Positions 10,874 through 19,943 of a stretch of 32,662 bases of DNA are shown piece after piece. The stretch is from Dimorphilus gyrociliatus (lineage: Eukaryota > Animalia > Annelida), in assembly GCA_904063045.1 (NCBI GenBank), contig CAJFCJ010000126.1, positions 1-32,662 on the forward strand, in the 5' to 3' direction. Numbering within the stretch: the first letter of the stretch is position 1; every line of letters starts with the position of its first letter. The notes beneath the pieces were generated by a model. It did no database searches and was not told where the DNA came from. It was given only the letters and a program-made list of their open reading frames with translations. A program made the translations under genes and the position numbers.

Positions 10874-13800
10874 TTAGGCAGTTGGCTTTGCGGGACAAGT
10901 GCGTGGAACACAGAATTCAGGACTATTATCTTGGGATTCACAAAGATCTGGACGACCGCATTGTGTACATTTATTTCTGTTCTTTCCACCACATTGACAT
11001 CCATTGTTTTGACAACAAGCACAATCCTTTGTTGCATCATCAGCGCAAGGACATCCACCCTTAGATTTGGTCCATGGATCTCTTACTTCTTCTTCGCGAG
11101 GATCACCACATCTATCAGGATATCCGCATTGCACACATTGTTGATGGTTAGATTTGCTGCATTGACAACCTCCTGGATAACAACAAGCACAATCCATTCT
11201 ACTCTTGTCGAAATAACATTGACATCCACCAGGACTCTTTGTCCAGATATCCTTCTTAATGACATTGACCAATTTTTCATCTTCAGCCTTTCTGAAGCCG
11301 TACAATTCAGCTCTAAGACCTACACAGTTGTTGTTTGATTTAACTGGCACAATTCTTACAAATTTAGCCTCGACTGGTTTACCATAGTATCTATGGAGAC
11401 AATGATGTTTCCACGAATCATCATCTTTGTTTCCCTTCCACACCTTCACCTTTTCGGCATCGTCTTTATCCTTCAATGTTTCAAAGCTATTACCATCCTT
11501 AGATACTTCGAGAGTGTACTTCTTAACATAACAATCTTCTCCCTTGGCACCCTTTGTTCCGATACCGTGAACTCCCAACACATCACCAATGTCTACTGTA
11601 AGTGTTGGTCTCTCATCAGATGGAGAAGGCTTCCATCCAGACAATTTTGGTCTGCTGTTCTGGGCTTCGAATCCTGGTTGTTCAGTGCTACCGACAATAT
11701 CACCATCTTCAATGATTTTACTGTGCATACCCAAAGGACGAGGCTTGGGTTTTGCTGGAGGATCGGGAACAAAGTATTTTTCATCTTCATTATCGCTATC
11801 ATCATCTTGTTGACCTTGAGGTGGACGTCTATCAGGGAATGAAATGACATCAGTGGTTGTTTCAAGAGTAGTAGATGGAGTAGTGGTAGGAGGAGTGGTA
11901 GGAGCTTCAGTAGTTGGTTGTTCTGGTGTGGTTGGTTGTTCTGGTGTTGTTGGTTGTTCTGGTGTGGTTGGTTCTTCAGGAGTAGTTGGTTGTTCTGGTG
12001 TTGTTGGTTGTTCTGGTGTGGTTGGTTGTTCTGGTGTTGTTGGTTGTTCTGGTGTGGTTGGTTGTTCTGGTGTGGTTGGTTCTTCAGGAGTAGTTGGTTG
12101 TTCTGGTGTTGTTGGTTGTTCTGGTGTGGTTGGTTGTTCTGGTGTGGTTGGTTCTTCAGGAGTAGTTGGTTGTTCTGGTGTGGTAGGCGCTTCTGTGGTT
12201 GGAGCTTCTGTGGTTGGAGCTTCTGTGGTTGGAGCTTCTGTGGTTGGAGCTTCTGTGGTTGGAGCTTCTGTGGTTGGAGCTTCAGTTGTTGGAGCTTCTG
12301 TTGTTGGAACTTCGGTTGTTGGTGGAGTACCAGTAGATGGAGTTGTTGGTGGTTGATTTGTTGTGACTGGGATAATCTTAACACATTTGTTGTTTCTTCT
12401 GTTGAATCTGAAGCCTTTCTTGCATACGCATCTGTATCTGAAACCTCTGGCAACACATCTGGCAACTTTTCCGCATGGTCTTCTACGGCAGGGGTTGAAT
12501 TTCATACATCCTCTCTTGCGGTTGTAGAAGAATCCCTTTTTGCAGACGCATCTGTATCCAGAACGGCCTCTTCTTTGACATCTAGATTTCAAACATGGCT
12601 TCTTGGCACATGGATTGACCTTGCCGTATTTCAAGCATCCTCTTCTTGGTTGATAGTAGAATCCCTTCTTACACAAACAGGTGAATCCGAAAGGACCACG
12701 TCTCACACATCTAGCGCTCTTACATGGTCTTTTTGCACATGGGTTTGGTCTTGTGTATTTAACACATCCCTTTCTGCTGTTGTATCTGAATCCTCTCTTG
12801 CACAAGCATCTGTATCCGAAGAGTCCTCTTCTCACACATCTAGCTCCCTTGCATGGTCTCTTCAAACATGGATTGCGTCTGTTCAATTTGATACAACCTC
12901 TTCTTCTGTTGTAGACGAATCCCTTTTTACAAAGACATCTGTATCCAAACAATCCTTTTCTTACACATTTGCTTCCTTTGCATGGTCTTCTCAAACATGG
13001 GTTGCCCTTGATACATCCAAGTCGGCTATTATAGAATAATCCCTTCTTGCAAGTACATTTGTAACCGAATTTTCCACGTGTTGAGCATTTAGCTCCCTTG
13101 CATGGTCTTCTCAAGCATGGGTTGTATTTAACACATCCCTTTCTTGAGTTGTATCTGAATCCTCTCTTACAGACGCATCTGTAACCGAAGAGTCCTCTTC
13201 TCATGCATCTTGTTCCTTTGCATGGTTTCTTCAAGCATGGGTTCTTTCCGTATTTAACGCAGCCAGATTTGGCGTTGTATCTGAATCCCTTCTTACATTG
13301 GCATCTGATTCTTCTGCCCAAAGTCAAACATCTAGCATTTCCTCTGCAAGAGTTCTTCTTGCACAAGTTGACTGGTTTGGTCATCTTGATACATCCCTTT
13401 CTTCTGTTGTATCTGAATCCCTTCTTGCATACACATCTGTATCCGAAAATGCCTCTTCTCATGCATCTTGCACCCTTGCATGGTTTCTTCAAACATGGGT
13501 TTGGTCTTGTGTATTTAACGCATCCCTTTTTGCTGTTGTATCTGAATCCTGTCTTACAGAGACATCTGTAACCGAATCTTCCTCTTCTCACACATTTAGT
13601 TTTCTTACATGGGTTCTTGGCACATGGATTATATTTCACACAGCCTTTAGCTCCGCGATAAATGAATCCTGGTCTACATAAACATTTGTATCCAGTGATA
13701 CCTCTTCTGATGCATCTGGATTTTTTGCATGGTCTCTTCAAGCATGGGTTCTTTCCGTATTTAACGCAGCCAGATTTGGCGTTGTATCTGAATCCCTTCT

Positions 13801-16800
13801 TACATTGGCATCTGATTCTTCTACCCAAAGTCAAACATCTAGCATTTCCTATGCAAGAGTTCTTCTTGCACAAGTTGACTGGTTTGGTCATCTTGATACA
13901 TCCCTTTCTTCTGTTGTATCTGAATCCCTTCTTGCATACACATCTGTATCCGAAGAGTCCTCTTCTGAGACATTTAGCTCCCTTACATGGTCTCTTCAAG
14001 CATGGGTCTGGTCTTGTGTATTTAACGCATCCCTTTTTGCTGTTGTATCTGAATCCTCTCTTGCACAAACATCTGTAACCGGAAAGTCCTCGTCTCAAAC
14101 ATCTGGCTCCCTTGCATGGTCTCTTTGAACATGGGTTCTTGTTGTATTTGATACAGCCTTTTGTTCTGTTGTAGAAGAGTCCCTTCTTGCAGACACATCT
14201 ATATCCAGCAATACCTCTTCTGAGACATTTAGCTCCCTTACATGGTCTCTTCAAGCATGGGTTTGGTCTTGTGTATTTCACACATCCCTTTTTGCCATAA
14301 TATCTGAAGCCTGGTTTACAAAGACATCTATAACCGTTGAAACCTCTTCTCATACATCTGGCTCCCTTGCATGGTTTCTTCAAGCATGGGTTGAAGTTGA
14401 ATTTGACACAGCCTTTTTTGGCGTTGTATCTGAATCCTCTTCCACATTGACATCTGATTCTTCTGCCGAGAGATACACATCTAGCCTTTCCTTTGCAAGA
14501 ATTCTTCTTGCACAATTGTGTAGCAGATCTCTTGCAAGATTTGGTTTTAGCATCAAAGATGCTTCTTGGTGGACAAACACATCTATGACGTGAACCGATG
14601 TTGATACATCTTGCTTTTCCACATGGTTTTCTGGCACAAGGTCTGGACACACATCCAGCCTTTGCGCTATAATATTGACTTCTCTTGCATACACATCTGT
14701 ATCTAGTCAAACCACGACGGAAACATCTAGCTGGCTTTCTACATGGGTTGCTGTCACATGGGCTGGTCAAAAGTTTTTGACATCCCTTTGTTCTATAGTA
14801 TTTTTGTCCAGATGGACAAATGCAACGGTATCCCTTCTTCAAACCGAAACATCTAGCTCCACGTTTACATGGGTTCTTGGCACAATAATTGGGCACTGTT
14901 ACAAAGATGCAAGTGATAATGATATGTTCATTGTGGATTATTTGTATAATCCTTTAATGGTCTACTTACAGTCAGATGTCTTTGGTGCAACTCTGAGAGA
15001 ACTGGCCTTGTTTCCTGGTTTGATTACGTCGTATTCTCCTGGTGGGAAACGGGCAATGGGATCAACATATCCTCCCTTGTCGTACAATTCCCATGTTTTC
15101 TTGCCAATAACTTTCAATGATTCGACTCTATCTCCAAATTTCAATTCAGATAATTCTGGAGTATCCTTTTCAACGACGATGAAATCTCCCTTGAAGTTTT
15201 CTTCATCGTACAAAATGATACCTTCTCTTGGCTCTTTCACTATCTTTCGTACACAGCCTTTGGCTTCATCGTATTCGAAATCATCATCTTTGCAGGTACA
15301 TTTGAAACCATTGGCGAGATCGGCGCATGTTGCTCCTGTTTTGCATGGGTTTGGTTTACAATTGTCAACGTCTTCTGGGAGATCTCTGATAGATGAAACT
15401 TTGTCATCAGCACCGTATCTCTTCAAAGTTGGGTATTTTCCTTGCTTCAAGATGACCAATTCGTCTTCATATTTGTCGTCATCATAGAGTTGCCATCTCT
15501 TGCCACCAAACACGATAGCGGATTCGGCAGTGTTATCACATCCGATTTGGGACAAATCTGGTACATCGTCCTTGACAACGCAACGTTTTCCCTTGAAGTT
15601 TTCTTCAGAGTAGAAAACGACTCCTTCCTTTGGATCTTCCTCTTTGTCATCATCGTCAGCATCATCATCGTCATCCAACGAAGAAGCAACACATCCCTTG
15701 AGTCTGTCGTATTCCATTCCTCGTCGTGGACATTTGCATTCGTAGAATTTTTCTGTGAGTTCACAAGTGGCTCCACCCTTGCAAATGTTGTTGATAGAAC
15801 AGTAGTCTCTGAAGCATTCCTTTTCTCTCTTGATGAATCCCTTTTTGCAGGTGAAACAGGAGTTCTTTTTGCAGGATTCTGTAAAGGTTATTAATGAATT
15901 TTATTGCAAATACAAAATAACCTGCTCCTACTATATTCTACTTACGTTCGCATGTCTTGACGGCAAGTTTAGGTTGAATTTTGACCAAATCTTCGAAATC
16001 TTCAATTTCCAATAAATGACTGTCGAATGGTTTGGAAGCAATGGCCTTCAATTCATCTTTGTCCAATCTCTTTCCAACACCAACAGCAAATGTTGTTACC
16101 TTTGCAGTTTTAAGTGAATTAGCAGCAGCCAACGTGAGTCTCTTATTGTAAGATCTTCCATCTGTGACAACAATAGCAATGTGTGGTACATTCTTTCTTG
16201 CTGAAGCGAACGCTCTCTTAGCAGAAGTGAGAGCGGCAGCTGTGTTGGTTCCTCCTCTTGTGTATGGTGTGCTCAAGATGGCCTTAACAAGGCTCTGTTT
16301 GTTTGTGTACTTGGCAAAGGAGAATCTATTTCTAACGGAAGATGCGAATGTCATCAAACCAACACGAACATCTTTCTTTCCAATCTTCATTTTGTTTACA
16401 ACTTCGGCTGTGAATTTCTTGACTTCTTCAAAGTTATGAGCTCTGACAGATCCAGAAGCGTCCAAAACGAAAAGGATATCGGCTTCAGCGCCGCATCCAT
16501 CTCCCATGTCTGGAACAGCAATACAACCCTTTCTCTTGTCATACACGTTTCCGATTGGGCAAGAGCATCTGTATCCACCACCATAATTGATACATTTCGA
16601 TCCTTCGACACAAATGTCTTTGTCTTCGCATTCATTGATGTCGATACATTTGTTGTTTTCTCTCTTGTATCCTCTTGGACATCTGATTGTTAGACCGTAA
16701 TATGGTCTCAAAGAGCTGACCTTTGTTCTTGAAGACAAATTGATACAGTTTCCGGCGCGGGCGGCATAGGAGAAGTGTCTGAAGTATTTGCCGTTGTACA

Positions 16801-19794
16801 ACAACCAGATTTTCTTTCCACTGACCATAACTGACTCGGCAGTGTTATCGAAAGGACCGAGGTTGGAGGAAGCAGAGTAGAATGTCTTTTGTTTTCCTTT
16901 ACAGTCTCCATCATCGAAGAGAATGATTCTGTCACCACTTGGGATTTTTGGTTTAGCACATCCGTTACGTGTGTAGACAAATCCAGCTGGACAAGCGCAA
17001 ACGAAGCTGCTCTTTCTGTTCGAACACTTAGCATTTCCTCTACAACGTCCGGCTTTGAAGCAAGCATCGTAATCTGTGTGAAGAGAAAAAGTATGTATTG
17101 ATTTTTGTCAAGTAGTGTTTGTGAATCGATCGCAATGTGACTCTCTCTATGACCTTCAATTATAACACTTACAGCATTTTCCATCAGATTCGTAATATCC
17201 TGGTCTGCATTTGATGCATTTCTTGCCGGATGGACATGCAGATTGACAGGCTCTTGAAGCAAGAGACAAATAGATACCACCCAAAGCATTGAAGTCGCTG
17301 GCGGCGAAAGAATGCTTTGCTGTTGGTTCGGAAGCCATGGCTTTCAATTCTCCAGCATCCAAGTTGTGTCCGATTCCAACAGAAATCAATTTGACGGATT
17401 TGTCCTTAAGGATTTTCTGTAAAACATATAACGATAGAAATATATATTAATGCTAATGTCTATGAAGTGTTCCGAAAACTCACATCAGCTTCTTGGATTG
17501 TTCTGCGGCGGTTGTTTGATCTTCCATCAGTGATTACAACAACGATTGTTGGAGTGTTCTTTCTGCTTTTTGGCAATACAGTCATACGAGTGAATTTCAA
17601 GGCTCTGTCAGTGGCAGTACCACCTCCTCTGTATCTGATTCTCAAAATGTTATCCAAGAGAGATTTCTTGCTGGAGTGTTTGTCCAAGTTGAATTCCAAG
17701 TAGGTTCTTGATTGGTATTTGACGACGGAAACACGCATGGCGTTTTTTCCAATAGTGAATTTAGAAGCAATGTTGTAGACAAATCTCTTCATTTTTTCAA
17801 AATTGTGAGATCCAACAGATCCGGAAGAATCCATGACGAAGACAATATCTGATTTGGAAGCACATCCTTCACCTAAATCGGGGATCTTTTGACATCCATC
17901 TTGTGAGTCATACACTGTTCCTTGTGGACAAGCGCATCTGTATCCTCCTCTTTGGTTAACACATTTAGCTCCATGTTTGCATGGTTTAGTTTTACATTCG
18001 TCAATATCGACGCATTTCCCTTTCACCAATTTTGATCCTCTGCTGCATCTTGGAATGGAATATCTATTGCAAGAATTGTAAACAACCTTCTTTCCATTCA
18101 ACATGTAATAGGACATGCCGAATTTCTTTTGAATTGGGTATTTGACATTGTTGATCATGACCATCTTTTTGAGGTAGCTGCTCATGGTTCCGATGCTACT
18201 GAAGAGGTTGAATGACGTCTTCTTGCCGTTGAGTGTGAAGTAGAATCTTCCCTTTTGTTTAACATCACGGATGACATTAATACGTTTCTTTCCATATTGG
18301 AAATAGTAGTTTGATCCTGATGGTCTCAAAGAGAAACTCTTGCCATTGATTCTCAATGATGCGGTTCTGATTGATGTTCTTGGTGGTGTTGTAAGACCGC
18401 CGAAAGAAAGTTTGACTTGGTAGTTTTTACCGTTAAAGTTCAATTTATATGTGTTTGGAGTAGTTGTTCTGTTCAAATAGAGGTTATAGGTATAGCGGAC
18501 TATTTGAATTTGTTAGGTGATTGAAACAGTAAGGTGACAAATTGTATTTACCTCATGAGACGGTATGTCTTCTTTGCAAAGTAAAAGATCCAATGACTTC
18601 CGGAACGTGTGAGGGAGAATGATTTTCCACCAATTCTGAGTGTAGGTGTAGCTCTTCTTTGGGCAACACAGGCTCTGTTTCTTGTGTAGTATTTTCTTCC
18701 TCCTCTGTAGAAGTAGTAAGATCTTCCGCTTCCTCTATTTAATGTGTATCTGTATTTGCTTCCCAAAAGATAACTGTAGGAAGAGAATGGTTTGTAATGA
18801 ATTGTCGTGGTTATGTTTTGAAAGGGTTGGGTGGAATGATTTTACTAACGTTTTGCTTCCGAGACCGATTGGTTTCATATTTTTGTCTACGTAAACCTTG
18901 CGTTTGCTCTTTCCGTAAATGAAGTAATAGCGACTTCCCTCCAGGCGTAATTGAAATTTCATACCTCCGTAGTAGAGATATTTGACGCTGCTCTTCATCA
19001 TTGATGAGATCTGAGAAGAAGTGTACCAAACCTTTTTGTTGTTTTTCAAAATGTAGTATTTCAAGCCATTTTTGTATAGACGGTATCTGACGCCACCGAT
19101 CATAATGTATCTGATACTGGCACCAGTAGTCTTTCCACGTCTGTTCAAGTAGATGGCTTTTCCGTTGATGATGTAATAATAACGGCCGCTCTTTGATTTG
19201 CGGAGTTCGTATTTCTTACCACCAATTCTGATGTATCTCTTGTAACTGGAGCGTTTGATGATTGTTTTCTTTGTATAGGTGACTTTTCTGTTACCAAAAG
19301 AAACGTATCTCTTGAGAGCTCCAATTCTGAAGAACCATCTACTTCCTTCTTTTTGTAGAAGGTAACGTTTTCCCCCGTAGATGTAGTATCTGTGAAAGAT
19401 GAAGTATAGGAATGAGAGGAAATCATTGAAGGTTTCACTCGATAAAGGGAATAATGGGATATGGAAGAGAGGCATTACTTTACCTTCTATAAGAAACAAA
19501 ACGCTTCTGTGTTGTTTTCTTACTGGTAGAGTATTTCCAGTAATTAACATAGAAGGTTCTACTTCCGATTTTATAGAAGTATCTACCATCTTTAGCTTTT
19601 TGGATCAAATATTTATTTGTTCCATTTCTGAAGTAAGTTTTCGATTCAAATGTCTTGTAATATTTTGTTGGTCTAATGGCTTTTTTCAGGATAGAGCGTC
19701 CAACCGTTTCAGAGTCTGTTGGACTTTTCAATATAAGAGCTCCAGCTGTTGCTGCTAAGAGCAAGATAAGGCAAAGCCGAGGTATCGGCAACAT
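10874..19794 (-). CDS. Large secreted mosaic protein, paralog type B (intact, 2,786 aa after splicing): SP, Y/K/R/G-rich repeats, EGF/vWA/betagamma-crystallin modules, 20 basic EGF-like repeats, PTTE array, F5/8C, Cys-rich tail
   Basis: Coding exons inferred by hand (minus strand): 19794-19484, 19389-18850, 18773-18552, 18468-17484, 17416-17173, 17073-15946, 15878-14970, 14895-10874. All 7 introns are GT..AG with matching phases, total 8361 nt = 2786 aa + TAA, no internal stop. Hydrophobic N-terminus MLPIPRLCLILLLAATAGA. Recognisable motifs: DIDEC/DINEC (EGF-Ca), DSSGS/DASGS (vWA MIDAS), FYSEENFKG..DNTAES (betagamma-crystallin), PLGM..LRAELYG (F5/8C). Confidence 0.9.
10940..11243 (-). other. 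Two tandem 10-Cys repeats at the C-terminus (family not recognised); type A copy at +11447
   Basis: WTKSPGGCQCYFDKSRMDCACCYPGGCQCSKSNHQQCVQCGYPDRCG and WTKSKGGCPCADDATKDCACCQNNGCQCGGKNRNKCTQCGRPDLCE. Confidence 0.8.
11297..11737 (-). other. F5/8 type C (discoidin) domain; type A copy at 22744-23184
   Basis: PLGMHSKIIEDGDI..SGWKP..LTVDIG..GIGTKG..YVKKYTLEVSKDG..WKGNKD..AKFVRIVP..LRAELYG matches the FA58C pattern. Confidence 0.9.
11845..12360 (-). repeat. Coding VNTR, type B: 15-nt PTTE(A/V) units plus 15 x 18-nt PTTPE(Q/E) units; mucin-like stalk
   Basis: Tandem ggttggagcttctgt and ggttggttgttctggtgt units on the plus strand; in-frame translation. Confidence 0.95.
12380..14895 (-). repeat. 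Array of 20 Lys/Arg-rich EGF-like repeats (type B); includes a 507-nt, 4-unit internal duplication
   Basis: Consensus NPCLKRPCKGARCxRRGLFGYRCxCKKGFRYNxRKGCVKY, 6 Cys per unit, 20 units counted; agccagattt recurs at 13261 and 13768. Confidence 0.93.
14985..15225 (-). other. betagamma-crystallin-like domain 3
   Basis: IILYDEENFKG..GDRVESLKV..WELYDKGGY..PGEY..GNKASSLR. Confidence 0.85.
15381..15624 (-). other. betagamma-crystallin-like domain 2 (acidic)
   Basis: VVFYSEENFKG..CDNTAESAIV..WQLYDDDKYED..GKY..DDKVSSIR: two Greek-key signatures, each with an N/D-N/D-x-x-S/T-S-like motif. Confidence 0.85.
15950..16480 (-). other. vWA domain 2; type A copy at +11411
   Basis: DILFVLDASGSV, RVGLMTFA, GGTNTAAAL, IAIVVTDGRS, TFAVGVG; preceded by EGF-Ca DINECEDKDICVEGSKCINYGGGYRCSC. 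Confidence 0.92.
16703..16933 (-). other. betagamma-crystallin-like domain 1 (degenerate, basic second half)
   Basis: IILFDDGDCKG..FDNTAESVMV..WLLYNGKYF..TKVSSLRP; the first half is visible only after splicing intron 5. Confidence 0.7.
17245..17850 (-). other. vWA domain 1 (interrupted by phase-0 intron 17417-17483); type A copy at +11411
   Basis: DIVFVMDSSGSVG (MIDAS DxSxS), GGGTAT, IVVVITDGRS, KLISVGIG; preceded by EGF-Ca DIDECKTKPCKHGAKCVNQRGGYRCAC. Confidence 0.92.
18071..19735 (-). other. Tyr/Lys/Arg/Gly-rich N-terminal region, about 10 degenerate ~30-40 aa repeats (type B coordinates; spans introns 1-3)
   Basis: Recurring YIRIGGKKYEL, YIYGGKRYLL, YIMIGGVRYRL, YLYYGGMKFQL, LRIGGKSFSL, LRINGKSFSL, each followed by GS/GR-YY[FY]; only one Cys in ~470 aa. 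Confidence 0.7.
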
Positions 19795-19828
19795 AGCTTT
19801 TTAGTTACTTGATAACTGTTTTTGAAAT

Positions 19829-19897
19829 CTGTTTGAATGTGTAAGGTTTTTCAATGTAAATTTTTTTTATTTTTAAAGTATATTGTAATTCTCTTAC
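19829..19897 (-). other. Putative 69-nt 5'UTR intron of type B
   Basis: G|GTAAGA donor, cattcaaacAG acceptor (alternative AG at 19817-19816). Confidence 0.5.
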
Positions 19898-19943
19898 CAA
19901 AAAATATTTTCTCAAGTAGAGTTTTACTTTTTCGACTCTGCTG

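Larger units (their letters stand above)
10899..19794 (-). repeat. Homogenised ~8.9-kb gene body shared by type B and type A (partner 22346-31204)
   Basis: Offset stays at 11411 at every ORF landmark from ~12400 to ~19480 (no net indel, introns included) and becomes 11447 3' of the PTTPEQ array. Similarity stops abruptly at 10899/22346 and at the ATG. Confidence 0.92.

Noticed and set aside
11593-12465. Gln/Asn-rich minus-strand ORF (HQNNQ repeats; also 23040-23876)
   Set aside because: Alternative frame of the VNTR inside the main exon; no splice sites or signal peptide support it.
11918-13039. 373-aa Trp/Cys/Ser-rich plus-strand ORF (also 23365-24450) and the many LHGFFKHG-type plus ORFs
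   Set aside because: Stop-free antisense frames produced by the repetitive, codon-biased minus-strand gene.
18071-19735. Recent horizontal transfer of bacterial cell-wall-binding repeats
   Set aside because: Only motif-level resemblance, three spliceosomal introns inside the region, and base composition like the rest of the gene; kept only as a structural hypothesis.
14896-19794. Chain of separate adjacent ORFs that could be read as an operon or as programmed frameshifts
   Set aside because: Every break has a canonical GT..AG intron of 67-99 nt with matching phase, giving one continuous ORF.
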